A stretch of DNA of 64,000 nucleotides from an uncultured Erysipelotrichaceae bacterium (GCA_902789425.1 CADANX010000002.1:165815-229814), one strand, 5' to 3'; numbered from the stretch's first letter, positions 1 to 9,255 are shown. Notes: generated from the letters alone by a model not told the origin. A program made the numbers and translations.

Positions 1-51
1 GCTACAGAAGTTCTAGAAAAAATAGCTGAAATTGAATCAAGAGGTATATAA
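1..51 (+). CDS. 3' end of an unidentified CDS entering from the left edge (...ATEVLEKIAEIESRGI*)
   Basis: Frame 1 is open from base 1 to TAA at 49-51. Too short to assign a family. Confidence 0.35.
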   Translation, partial: ATEVLEKIAEIESRGI

Positions 52-63
52 GCCTCTTTTTTT
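40..63 (+). terminator. weak intrinsic terminator after the left-edge CDS
   Basis: AGAGG (40-44) / CCTCT (53-57) stem, 8-nt loop, T-run 57-63. Confidence 0.4.
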
Positions 64-305
64 AATGTAAGTACTCTACTTCATTTAAGATAAAAAAGGG
101 GAATTATAAGCTTTAAAAACGCATTAAATAACACATTAAATTAATGAATTCTATTACTATTAACAATTATATAAATATGCTACAATAGAGTTAATTTAAA
201 TATAATATAATCATATATAATTAATAATAAATATACTTAATTTATAATTATATTTTATAAGTATTTAATTTCATATAATAATTATTATGTTAACTAAGCG
301 ATTTT

Positions 306-342
306 AAATAAAAAAGAAGACTACAATTAAGCAGCCTTCTTA
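306..342 (-). terminator. intrinsic terminator of the 159-aa gene
   Basis: Minus-strand RNA AAGAAGGCUGC-UUAAUU-GUAGUCUUCUU (315-342) forms an 11-bp stem including two G-U pairs. It is followed by UUUUAUUU. The stop codon lies inside the hairpin. Confidence 0.6.
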
Positions 343-806
343 TTATTATCATCTTTTCTAAGTATAAGCATCTTTATACCTTTTTTTCTTTCTTTTTCTT
401 TTTCTTTATCTTTTAATTTAATTTTATTGTGTTCAATTACCATTAAATCACTTTCGAATTTAACTATTTCAGGAATACTAAGTATTTCTGTTTTATTTTC
501 TTCATATTCTTGGATAACAGTAATTGGTTTTTCTTCACTATTATTATTAGTATGTTCAATAGTATTAAGTATAACAGGATTCTTAAAGGTATCACTCAAA
601 TATCTAATAATAGAGTTATCGAATGAATAAATTTCATTCAAAAGATGAACTTCTTCATGAAATTCTTCTTTATCAGGAAAAATAACATATTTTTTACCAT
701 AATAATGTTTTTTGCCAGCAATATAAAATCTAATTTTTTTTATATTATATTTTTTGTTGTCTTTAGTTGTTATTATTGCATATTTGTCAAAATATTTATT
801 TTTCAT
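327..806 (-). CDS. hypothetical protein, 159 aa, Lys/Glu-rich C-terminus
   Basis: Long ORF with strong SD (GAAGGAGG) 7 nt upstream of ATG. Own promoter and terminator. No recognisable motif. Confidence 0.6.
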   Translation of the reverse strand: MKNKYFDKYAIITTKDNKKYNIKKIRFYIAGKKHYYGKKYVIFPDKEEFHEEVHLLNEIYSFDNSIIRYLSDTFKNPVILNTIEHTNNNSEEKPITVIQEYEENKTEILSIPEIVKFESDLMVIEHNKIKLKDKEKEKERKKGIKMLILRKDDNNKKAA

Positions 807-836
807 TTAGATACCTCCTTCACCCAAATGAGAAAT

Positions 837-866
837 ATTATACTACATTTTTATAATTATTGTCAA
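837..866 (-). promoter_or_regulatory. near-consensus sigma-A-type promoter for the 159-aa gene
   Basis: Minus strand reads TTGACA (861-866), an 18-nt spacer, then TATAAT (837-842). It lies ~30 nt upstream of the SD. Confidence 0.5.
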
Positions 867-900
867 GTAATATTCCCTCTCCCCTCCTCTATTAAAACAT

Positions 901-927
901 AATAAAAACAAGGATTTATAACCTTGC
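901..927 (-). terminator. weak intrinsic terminator after the DUF5684-like gene
   Basis: CAAGG (909-913) / CCTTG (922-926) stem, followed on the minus strand by UUUUUAUU. Confidence 0.4.
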
Positions 928-935
928 TTTTATTG

Positions 936-1322
936 TTATGCATTATATTCATCTTTATTAAAACCAAGCATTAAATAGCCAATTGGGAATAATACAAGTA
1001 AGAATACACCAAAAGCAGTGCTTCTACCGAATTTTTTAGCTATATTAATACCTACTAAGAAATAGAAAACTATATTAACAAATGGAACTAATAGTAATAA
1101 GAACATCCATCCATCATAGCCAGCTATTTCAAATAATACATATTCATTATAAAATGGAACTAAAACTGCCCATCCTGGTTTACCAGCTTTTTCATACATT
1201 TTCCATAAAGCTATGATTGCAACAACCCAAAAAGCTATATAGATTAACCAAAAACCAATACCAAGTGAAGCTAATAATCCAAAATTTGAATATCCATTAT
1301 CATATGTAGTGTAATAAGTCAT
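936..1322 (-). CDS. small polytopic membrane protein, resembles the family I recall as DUF5684
   Basis: Contains YEKAGKPGWAVLVPFYN ... VPFVNIV ... AKKFGRSTAFGVFLLVLFPIGYLMLGF. SD AAAGGAG. Paralogous to the N-terminus of the SecDF ORF at 20810-21145. Confidence 0.7.
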   Translation of the reverse strand: MTYYTTYDNGYSNFGLLASLGIGFWLIYIAFWVVAIIALWKMYEKAGKPGWAVLVPFYNEYVLFEIAGYDGWMFLLLLVPFVNIVFYFLVGINIAKKFGRSTAFGVFLLVLFPIGYLMLGFNKDEYNA

Positions 1323-1377
1323 ACCGCTATACTCCTTTCTAATATAACTATAACATTAAAATAATAGAATTTCAATA

Positions 1378-2907
1378 TTAATTATTTAGTGTAAGAGTAT
1401 TATTTTTTTCATATGAAACTGATGATAAAGCACATTTTAATCTCTCAGTCATTTTATCATCTTCGTCTATCATAAGATATTCTATGCCCTTTTCTTCAAG
1501 TATTTTAATTATTTTACTTAAAGTTGAAACACTTATTATACCTGTTTTTGATATATCATTTAATGATACTTTTTTAAAATCACTTATAGTTTTAATATTA
1601 CATTTTTTAAGATCTTTTACTACTTCAAAAGATAATTCTAAATTATCTATATCATTTTTATTAAGCAAACTTTTATTACAATAACCAATTGAATATAATA
1701 ATTTCTTAAATTCATAATTTAATTCTTCATCTTCTTTATAAAGGATATAGTTTATATTTTCTTTATTAAATGCATCTATTATTTCAAGAAATGCTCTTTT
1801 ACCAAGACCAACACCAAAAAACTTATTAAAATAGTAATTTAATGAATTTTTAGTAAAATCTTCAACTGTGATTAATTCATTTCTATTAAGAAAATTAATT
1901 GTTCTTTTAGAAAGATTTAATGAATCTAATTTATTTAATTTAGAAAAATTATAATTACTTCTTTTCAGATTTGATTCAAAGAAATATTTAACTTTAACAT
2001 CTTTTCTTATTTTAATAAGAGCATCTTTATATATTTGTCTTATTCTTTCTTTACAATAACCTAATTTAATTCCAATATTTTCAAAAGTGTATTCCTTATT
2101 ATTATAAAAACCAAATCTATATAATAATACCTCTTTTTCTATTTCTGATAACATATTTGATTTCATAACTGTATCAAATAAAGTTTTATCTTCTTCTCTA
2201 TCTAGAATATCTGATTCAATTTCATATGACTTATTATCTTTATTTTTACCATATTCGCAGTCTGTTAAAAGTGTTTTTTCATATAATTTAATTGAACATG
2301 CCTTTGCATTTGGAAAATTCTTTTGAATATTTACAAGTATATTATAAATATATAATATTTTATTATAATTAATATTGTTATTTTTTAAGAATTGTTTTTT
2401 ATATAATTTATCAGTATTTATTCTATTTTTAATAAAGTTAATATAATCATTATATAAAACAAATTCACTATTATTAATTAACATATAATCATAAAAGAAT
2501 ACATCTAAATCATTATAATTAACAATACCAAATAAATTACTATGCATTGTATTATAATTATTAATTAAAAAACTATATAATTTATTATAAAAATTAATAT
2601 TAAATACATAATAGTTTACATCTTTATCCATGTAAAAATCACTATCAATGTAATCATACCAAACCATAATAGCTGAATTAATAAAGTCTCTTTCATCAAT
2701 AACACTATTTTTTATTATATCTAGATCATTATTCTTTAATCTATTTAATAGTAATGATAAAGAACCTAAAAAAGCATCATTTATTAGTTTTTTTCTTTTT
2801 TCTTTGTCGTTTTCATTATTTATTCTAATTACTAATTCATGAAATTCTTCATTTGATAATTGTCTTACATTTTCAATTAATTTAAAGTATTCATCTAACA
2901 TATTCAT
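1378..2907 (-). CDS. sigma-70-like protein with region-4 HTH followed by two RNA polymerase alpha-CTD-like helix-hairpin-helix domains
   Basis: Region-4-like LSEIEKEVLLYRFGFYNNKEYTFENIGIKLGYCKERIRQIYKDALIKIRK (aa 253-302). Alpha-CTD-like LDSLNLSKRTINFLNRNELITVEDF...GVGLGKRAFLEII (aa 326-386) and IDNLELSFEVVKDLKKCNIKTISDF...ISVSTLSKIIKILEEKGI (aa 419-477). SD AGAGGGA. Confidence 0.6.
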   Translation of the reverse strand: MNMLDEYFKLIENVRQLSNEEFHELVIRINNENDKEKRKKLINDAFLGSLSLLLNRLKNNDLDIIKNSVIDERDFINSAIMVWYDYIDSDFYMDKDVNYYVFNINFYNKLYSFLINNYNTMHSNLFGIVNYNDLDVFFYDYMLINNSEFVLYNDYINFIKNRINTDKLYKKQFLKNNNINYNKILYIYNILVNIQKNFPNAKACSIKLYEKTLLTDCEYGKNKDNKSYEIESDILDREEDKTLFDTVMKSNMLSEIEKEVLLYRFGFYNNKEYTFENIGIKLGYCKERIRQIYKDALIKIRKDVKVKYFFESNLKRSNYNFSKLNKLDSLNLSKRTINFLNRNELITVEDFTKNSLNYYFNKFFGVGLGKRAFLEIIDAFNKENINYILYKEDEELNYEFKKLLYSIGYCNKSLLNKNDIDNLELSFEVVKDLKKCNIKTISDFKKVSLNDISKTGIISVSTLSKIIKILEEKGIEYLMIDEDDKMTERLKCALSSVSYEKNNTLTLNN

Positions 2908-2931
2908 TTTAATCCCTCTTTTTTCATGAGG

Positions 2932-2963
2932 ACTATTATTACATTATTTAGTATTTTAGTCAA
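2932..2963 (-). promoter_or_regulatory. possible promoter of the sigma-like gene
   Basis: Minus strand has TTGACT (2958-2963), about 17 nt of spacer, then TGTAATAAT-like extended -10. Confidence 0.3.
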
Positions 2964-2980
2964 CTAAAAAGGATTTTATA

Positions 2981-4600
2981 TTACTTATTCAAAGCAAACA
3001 AAACCCTTTTTTTAAGACTTTCCATCTTTTCTAATGATTTTGTAGGTTCTTTATCAAAAGACGTAAAATAAAGCTTTATTTTAGGTTCTGTGCCACTTGG
3101 TCTAATAATAAGAGATGTTTGATCATTAAAGATATACTTTATTGCATTAGTTTTTAATTCTTTTCTATTTAAATAATCAATTTTTTCTTTATATAAAGGA
3201 AATATTATTTTATCATTTCTAAGATCATCCATTATCTTATTCATTTTATTAATACTATTTAATCCATCATATTTAATATTTTCAGATAAATCATAATAAT
3301 AACCTACTTCTTTATATATTTTATTAATATAATCATTTAATGACATATTTTTACTTTTTAAATAACATAATATTTCTATAAAGAATAATAAACTAGAATA
3401 AGAATTCTTATCGTTTATATCTATATTAAACATATATCCAAGACTTTCTTCAAAACCAAACAAATAATTCTTTTCATCTTTTTCTTTTTGAGCCGCTATA
3501 TTTTTACATCCTGTTAAAACTTCTTTTACTTTTACATTATATTTTTTTGCAAGTGCATCAACCATAGTAGATGTAGGAAGACTTCTTACAATATAATGAT
3601 CTTTGTGAAGTTTTGAATTATTTAAAATATAATACGTAAAAATAATACCAACCATATTACCGGAAAGACGTCTATAGCCAAGTTTATCTTTTATCATGAT
3701 ACCAATTCTATCAGCATCAGGATCAGAGGCAATTATTATATCCGAATTATTTCTTTTAGCAGTTTTAATAGCTAAATCATATACTTCATTTAGTTCTGGA
3801 TTAGGGTTTTCACAAGTTTTAAAATTTCCGTCATAAATACATTGCTTTTTTACATAATTAACTTTAATCTTATATTCATCAAATATCTTTTTCATAAGCA
3901 TAATACCTACTCCGTTTAAAGAAGTATAAGTAATATTTAATGTATTAGAATATTTAGTAATTAAAGTATCATTAATTAAGCATCTTTTATTTTCTTTTAT
4001 AAATTTATTTCTATATTCATTATCTACTAGTTTAAAATATTTATTATTTACTTTTTCTTTATTAATCATATCAAGAGATGTAATTTTATTTATTTCTTTT
4101 AAAATTTTAGCATCTTCAGGAGAAACTATTTGACTTCCTAAATGATTATATACTTTATATCCATTATATATTTTAGAATTATGAGAAGATGTAATAACTA
4201 TACCAGATGATGTTTTTAATTTTTTTACTAAATATGAAACCTCAGGTGTTGATGCATAATTATCAAATAAATATGTTGTAATATTATTATAGTTAAGTAC
4301 AAGAGCAGCACAAAGAGCAAATTTTTTTGAATTATTTCTAGTATCATAACCAATTACAACAGATGGATTTTCATAATTTTTATTTAAGTAATTAGCAAGT
4401 CCAAGTGTTACTTTTTCTATAATATATTCATTTATTTTACTTGTACCTAAACCCATAACACCTCTAATACCTGCTGTTCCAAAAGTAAGATCATTACTAA
4501 ATGATTCTATTATTTCGCTTTTTTTCATTTTCTTAAGAATCTTTTTATCAGATTTACTTACTATTTTACTATTTAAAAAATCTAAGTATTTTTCATTCAT
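2981..4600 (-). CDS. alpha-D-phosphohexomutase family enzyme (phosphoglucomutase/phosphomannomutase, PgcA-like)
   Basis: Motifs GTAGIRG, catalytic loop TSSHNSKIYNGYK, Mg loop ASDPDADR, sugar loop GFEESLGY, phosphate loop RPSGTEPKIKLY. Start moved to ATG at 4600 (MNEKYLDF) with a GGAG SD. The upstream 23 codons overlap xerD and look spurious. Confidence 0.85.
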   Translation of the reverse strand: MNEKYLDFLNSKIVSKSDKKILKKMKKSEIIESFSNDLTFGTAGIRGVMGLGTSKINEYIIEKVTLGLANYLNKNYENPSVVIGYDTRNNSKKFALCAALVLNYNNITTYLFDNYASTPEVSYLVKKLKTSSGIVITSSHNSKIYNGYKVYNHLGSQIVSPEDAKILKEINKITSLDMINKEKVNNKYFKLVDNEYRNKFIKENKRCLINDTLITKYSNTLNITYTSLNGVGIMLMKKIFDEYKIKVNYVKKQCIYDGNFKTCENPNPELNEVYDLAIKTAKRNNSDIIIASDPDADRIGIMIKDKLGYRRLSGNMVGIIFTYYILNNSKLHKDHYIVRSLPTSTMVDALAKKYNVKVKEVLTGCKNIAAQKEKDEKNYLFGFEESLGYMFNIDINDKNSYSSLLFFIEILCYLKSKNMSLNDYINKIYKEVGYYYDLSENIKYDGLNSINKMNKIMDDLRNDKIIFPLYKEKIDYLNRKELKTNAIKYIFNDQTSLIIRPSGTEPKIKLYFTSFDKEPTKSLEKMESLKKRVLFALNK

Positions 4601-4601
4601 A

Positions 4602-5486
4602 TTAAATCTCCTTTGTACTCCTTGGGTGATATTCTTTATAATTTTCTTTAACATAATTATTGGTAACATGAGTATAAATCTGAGTTGTTTTTATATTTTC
4701 ATGCCCAAGCATAGTTTGAATACTTCTTAAATCAGCGCCATTATCAAGTAAATGTGTTGCAAAAGAATGTCTTATAGTATGTGGCGATATATCTTTATTA
4801 ATACCTTTTTCTTTTGCTAAATTTTTAATTATTTTAAAAAATCCAACTCTACTTAATTTTTCACCTCTTGAATTTAAAAATAGTATATTATTAATATGAC
4901 CTTTAAGAAGTATATTTCTATATATATTTATATATTCATTTAAATAATAAAGTGCATAATCATCAATAGGAACAATTCTTTCTTTAGCTCCTTTTCCATA
5001 TACTCTAACAATACAATCATCTAAATCAATATTATTTATTTCAAGATTTAAAAGTTCACTTACTCTAAGTCCTGAAGAATACATAAGTTCTAACATAGCT
5101 TTATTTCTATAGTCATATTCATTATTAAGAGTAATATCAAGAAGTTTATTTATTTCATCTATATTAAGTACTTTAGGTAAATTCTTATCTGTTTTAAGTC
5201 CTGTAATATTATCACATGGATTTTCTTTTACTTTTTCTTCTTTTATCAAAAACTTATAAAAATTTCTAATAGATACAATATGTCTATTAATACTTTTACT
5301 ATCTATTAAATCATTTAAATGAATAATATATTTATTCACATCGCTACTACTTATTTTATTAAAATCTTTTTTTATACATTTAAAAAAATCCTCTAAGTCT
5401 TTTTCATAATTATAAATAGTATTATTACTAAGTTGTCTTTCTAATCTAATATAACTTATATATTCATCAATAATAGCATCATTCAT
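4602..5486 (-). CDS. xerD: tyrosine recombinase, XerD/XerC family
   Basis: C-terminal catalytic region HTIRHSFATHLLDNGADLRSIQTMLGHENIKTTQIYTHV, upstream ...SSGLRVSELLNL. ATG at 5486 follows AGGTGA. Confidence 0.8.
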   Translation of the reverse strand: MNDAIIDEYISYIRLERQLSNNTIYNYEKDLEDFFKCIKKDFNKISSSDVNKYIIHLNDLIDSKSINRHIVSIRNFYKFLIKEEKVKENPCDNITGLKTDKNLPKVLNIDEINKLLDITLNNEYDYRNKAMLELMYSSGLRVSELLNLEINNIDLDDCIVRVYGKGAKERIVPIDDYALYYLNEYINIYRNILLKGHINNILFLNSRGEKLSRVGFFKIIKNLAKEKGINKDISPHTIRHSFATHLLDNGADLRSIQTMLGHENIKTTQIYTHVTNNYVKENYKEYHPRSTKEI

Positions 5487-5524
5487 ATTATTCACCTATA
5501 ATAAATTATAACACAAAAAAAGCA

Positions 5525-6646
5525 TTAAAATCTCTTTTTTAATACTTTTTCTTTTTTATTAGAATATTTATCTATAAATAAATTAATATTATCTTTTATA
5601 TCAGGAAAATAATCATATAAGTTATAAAGTATGCTATTAACCATATTATAGACTTCTCTTCCTTTTTTATATTTATTATCATTTATACATTTATTAAACA
5701 TTAATACATAATCTTTATTCTCGTTTAAAAAATAAAATGACAAAAATAATCCAACTAAATATCTATTAGATACAAATACATATTTGTCTAAATGTTTAAA
5801 TATATTTTTTTCAGTATTATTTTTATGAATTAAACTTGAAATATAATCTATATCATTTTGCATTTCAAGTAAATCTATTGTACCTTTATACCTTCTTAAC
5901 ATATTATTATATGCTTTATCTGATTGATTAATAAATAGATTGTATTCATTAATTAATTTTAAATAATTTTCATAAGAAACTTTTCCATATTTATTAGTAA
6001 GAACAAGAGGAATAAACTCATAAGCACTTTCTAACTTCTCTTTTGATATTTGAAGTCTCCATAATGTATCAATTTCATCTTTTTTTGAATAAAGATGATC
6101 AATAACATACATCATAGAATAAAACTCATAGTAAATAGATATAAATTCTTCGTAAATATTACTAGTTACATGTTCTTCAGTATAACTATTAGTGTGATGC
6201 ATAAATTCATGAACAAGATCAGTTACATCATTAAAATTATATCTTCTAGAGATAATAATTTTTTCATCTTTTGGTATATACTCAGAATATAGTTTACTTA
6301 TATTTTTTATTTTTTTACGTGATAACTTAATTTTTTTACTTCTTTTTAATCTTTTATACTCATTTAAATAATTAATATCAATTGTATTTATTATTTCTTC
6401 AGCTAGCGTTAAAACTTCAAACTTAGTTAATCTCATTTCATTAACACAATAATCATTATCAATATCATTTATTAATCTTTTATATTCACTAACGGTTCTC
6501 ATATAAGAAAAGATTGCATCAACTTTATCTTTCTTAAGTTTTTCAAGTATCTTAAGAGAAGTATTTGTAGCATCCCCATTATTACTTTCATATAAATGAT
6601 CATAAAATTCAATAAAGTTTTTATCATCCAAAGTAAAACCAAACAT
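5525..6646 (-). CDS. zincin-like metallopeptidase candidate (HExxH, M3/oligoendopeptidase-F-like motif spacing), 373 aa
   Basis: LVHEFMHHTNS followed ~20 aa later by IYEEFISIYYE. No signal peptide. Much shorter than canonical PepF. Confidence 0.45.
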   Translation of the reverse strand: MFGFTLDDKNFIEFYDHLYESNNGDATNTSLKILEKLKKDKVDAIFSYMRTVSEYKRLINDIDNDYCVNEMRLTKFEVLTLAEEIINTIDINYLNEYKRLKRSKKIKLSRKKIKNISKLYSEYIPKDEKIIISRRYNFNDVTDLVHEFMHHTNSYTEEHVTSNIYEEFISIYYEFYSMMYVIDHLYSKKDEIDTLWRLQISKEKLESAYEFIPLVLTNKYGKVSYENYLKLINEYNLFINQSDKAYNNMLRRYKGTIDLLEMQNDIDYISSLIHKNNTEKNIFKHLDKYVFVSNRYLVGLFLSFYFLNENKDYVLMFNKCINDNKYKKGREVYNMVNSILYNLYDYFPDIKDNINLFIDKYSNKKEKVLKKRF

Positions 6647-6707
6647 ATTTATCCCCCATTTTTTCTTACTATTATACTTTTATTATAATTAAAGTCAATA
6701 AAAAGGA

Positions 6708-7406
6708 TTAGTTTCTAGCTGAATAAACTAATCCTTTATTACTTTTAAAATATTGATTTTGTAGTTCCTTTAATAGAACTTTTGCTTTTTTTTCATTAAA
6801 ACTTTCTACTTTTTTTCTATTATGTGAAATATGATCATTTTGTTTTATAGAATGGTTTAATTTAATAGATGAAGTTAATATTTGAATAGTATCAATTATT
6901 TCATCTTCATTTAAACTACCTATTTTTTCTTTATCAAACATATCTACAAACTCATTATTACATAATAATAAATCAAGAGTTGTGTTATAAGCTGTTTCAC
7001 TAAATGTTCCTATCTCTTTTTTATTAATCTCAATAATAGCATCATATAATCTATTAAGATTTTCTTCAAAAAGATTAATATCATATTTCATTATATTAGA
7101 AATTGTTTTTCTATGTTTTTTATTCTTAAGAGCAAATCCAAGTAAGAAATTATCATCTATTGTTTTTTTCATAAAATAATAGATTCCAAATAATACTTTA
7201 TTATCTGCATTTTTTAAATTTTCAAAATCACGAGAAACAAATAATAAAAAGTCATTACTAAGCTCATATTTTGAAAATATATCATCTATATAATAAGGAA
7301 TTTTATCATAAAATAATGATTTTGGATTATTATGTAATTCATAATAAAATACATCTTTATGATATCTTAAAAATAATTGTATTTCTTTGTTCATTAAACT
7401 CACCAA
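6708..7406 (-). CDS. hypothetical protein, paralog of the 283-aa ORF at 8404-9255
   Basis: Shares SKYELSNDFLLFVSRDFE vs KKYMFNNDFLELILIIFE and a C-terminal FN(E/V)(K/A)KAK(V/E)L motif with the 283-aa ORF. The true start may be ATG at 7394. Confidence 0.55.
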   Translation of the reverse strand: MVSLMNKEIQLFLRYHKDVFYYELHNNPKSLFYDKIPYYIDDIFSKYELSNDFLLFVSRDFENLKNADNKVLFGIYYFMKKTIDDNFLLGFALKNKKHRKTISNIMKYDINLFEENLNRLYDAIIEINKKEIGTFSETAYNTTLDLLLCNNEFVDMFDKEKIGSLNEDEIIDTIQILTSSIKLNHSIKQNDHISHNRKKVESFNEKKAKVLLKELQNQYFKSNKGLVYSARN

Positions 7407-7432
7407 GTAAAAATTCTATCATTAAATTTATT

Positions 7433-8389
7433 TTATGTCAACAAATACTTTCTAGGATCAGCTTTATTACTAGATGTAATATCTTCTTCAACAGAAATAA
7501 TATCACCTAAAGTTTTTCTTATTTCTTCTTTTATTTTTTCATAATATGAAAAATCTTTAAAATAAAGTCCCATAAATTTTTCCTCGTCTGTTATACCAGG
7601 TATTACATCTTTAAATATTTTAAATTCAGTAGGAACATTATTTTTATTATAAGCTTCTGGTTCTGCTAATGCAAAATATAATGAATTTAAAAATGCTAAA
7701 TCTTCAAATAATAATCTTGAGTTTTCTTTTTCATCACCTGCATCATTAGATAAATAAAGCATATATAAAGTACTTCTTAAAGTAATTACATCATTTTTTG
7801 AATTTATAATAGATGAATAAATATCATTTATAATTTTATAAATGTTTTCTGGTTCTTTAAAATAATGAATAAGTAAATTATCATATTTCTTTTTATCAGA
7901 ATAATTATATAAATAATTTAATTGTCTAAATAATAAAGCTTCTTCTACATAACAACTAACTTTATCTACATTATCAATATTTGAAATATGTTTTGATTTT
8001 TCAAATAAAGCCATAGCTCCATCTTGAATAGCAATAGTATTTACTAGTTTTTTATTATCTGTATAAAAACAGTCTCTTACACCAATAAATGCATGACCAA
8101 GTTCATGAAAAACCACTTCTTTTGAGTTTTTATAAATAGATTTTTTTATAAAAATTATTTGATACTCAGGCAAATACATACCTCTACTTGTTTTGTGTAA
8201 TCTCTCTTCGTATTCTTCATCATCTATATAATAAATACCTTTAAAGTCATTTTCTTTAAATCTATTAATAATTTCACTATATGTAAATTCTCCATCTAGC
8301 ATATCATAAAATTCCTTTATCAAAGAGTTTTCTACAATAACATTTCTATCATATTTATCAATTAAATATTTAACATCTTCATCTTTCAT
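7433..8389 (-). CDS. HExxH metallopeptidase-like protein (ImmA/IrrE-like HELGH motif), 318 aa
   Basis: KEVVFHELGHAFIG motif at about aa 93-106. Cytoplasmic: no signal peptide or TM segment. Confidence 0.45.
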   Translation of the reverse strand: MKDEDVKYLIDKYDRNVIVENSLIKEFYDMLDGEFTYSEIINRFKENDFKGIYYIDDEEYEERLHKTSRGMYLPEYQIIFIKKSIYKNSKEVVFHELGHAFIGVRDCFYTDNKKLVNTIAIQDGAMALFEKSKHISNIDNVDKVSCYVEEALLFRQLNYLYNYSDKKKYDNLLIHYFKEPENIYKIINDIYSSIINSKNDVITLRSTLYMLYLSNDAGDEKENSRLLFEDLAFLNSLYFALAEPEAYNKNNVPTEFKIFKDVIPGITDEEKFMGLYFKDFSYYEKIKEEIRKTLGDIISVEEDITSSNKADPRKYLLT

Positions 8390-8403
8390 AATTTACCTCC
8401 ATA

Positions 8404-9255
8404 TCAAGCTAAATAATCAAATTTAATAACTTTAGTATTCTTTTTAATACATTTTTTCTTAAAAGTTAGTTTATTTATTAATTCTTTTGCCTTTGCTACA
8501 TTAAAATCTTTTATATTATCTAAACTTTCAATCGCATATCTTTCAAATGTAGAATCTATATTATTAAAATATATATTAATTGATGTATTTAATATATTAA
8601 TAATATTATTAATAGTTTTTACTTTCATATTTTTTTCAAGTAAAATATACTCAATTATATCTAAAAAGTAATTATTACATACAAGAGAAAATAATATAAC
8701 AGTTGATTCATAATCATATATATTTAATATATATGTATCACTAAGTGGGTTATCATTTTTAACCTTATTAATAACTTCCTCTGCTGATTTAAAAGGTTTT
8801 ACATTATGATCATATCTTATATTTATTTCTTCTTCTAAAAGTCTTATACAATCATAAGACAAATCAAGATCATAATTTTCTATTTCTTCTTTTTGATTTT
8901 TAAATAATTCACTATATTTTACTCTATATTTAAAATGTTTTAATATATCTTTATAAGTATGTTCATTTTCAATTTCATTTCTAGTAATTTCATAAGCATC
9001 TTCGATAATACTTTTTAATAAATTAAGATCATCATAGTCAAAATCTTCTAGAATTTCATCTTCTGTTTCAAAAATAATTAAAATTAGTTCTAAAAAATCA
9101 TTATTAAACATATATTTTTTTACTATTTCTACATCATAAGTATCTTCTTTTTTATAAAGAATATCTTTATAATTATAATAAAATTTATTCATTAAAAAAT
9201 ATCTATATAAATTTTCAGATTTAAGTTTATTAAAAAACTCATACAAATTTTGCAT
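8404..9255 (-). CDS. hypothetical protein, 283 aa, paralog of 6708-7406
   Basis: Long ORF, first gene of a four-gene same-strand cluster. Motifs shared with the 232-aa ORF. Confidence 0.55.
   Translation of the reverse strand: MQNLYEFFNKLKSENLYRYFLMNKFYYNYKDILYKKEDTYDVEIVKKYMFNNDFLELILIIFETEDEILEDFDYDDLNLLKSIIEDAYEITRNEIENEHTYKDILKHFKYRVKYSELFKNQKEEIENYDLDLSYDCIRLLEEEINIRYDHNVKPFKSAEEVINKVKNDNPLSDTYILNIYDYESTVILFSLVCNNYFLDIIEYILLEKNMKVKTINNIINILNTSINIYFNNIDSTFERYAIESLDNIKDFNVAKAKELINKLTFKKKCIKKNTKVIKFDYLA

Noticed and set aside
158-186. Plus-strand extended -10 (TGCTACAAT) in the 275-nt AT-rich spacer at the left end
   Set aside because: The -35 element is poor and there is no downstream plus-strand gene. 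Transcription would run antisense into the 159-aa gene. Matches of this kind are expected by chance in AT-rich DNA.
427-902. Plus-strand ORFs 427-630 and 645-902
   Set aside because: They are antisense to the 159-aa gene and its promoter region. The products are Phe/Ile/Ser-rich shadow translations without ribosome-binding sites.
1484-1684. Short plus-strand ORFs inside minus-strand genes: 1484-1684, 6095-6292, 7271-7510, 13392-13610, 20703-20927, 26903-27088, 29614-29844, 37124-37318, 47417-47725, 53673-53960, 62644-62865
   Set aside because: All are 60-100 codon antisense frames within well-supported genes (sigma-like, zincins, nth, secDF, ruvA, yceD, PBP, rimM/TrmH, polC, pyk). All lack SD sequences and have shadow-type composition.
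4601-4669. N-terminal 23-codon extension of the phosphohexomutase ORF overlapping xerD
   Set aside because: The ATG at 4600 has a proper GGAG SD and yields a normal family N-terminus. The extension merely reads through the end of xerD in another frame.
4602-9255. xerD plus adjacent unknown genes as an integrated mobile element
   Set aside because: The recombinase has full XerC/D-type catalytic motifs and sits beside a phosphomutase, as chromosomal xerD does in Bacillus. I saw no flanking direct repeats, tRNA target, phage, conjugation or transposase genes, and no obvious compositional break.
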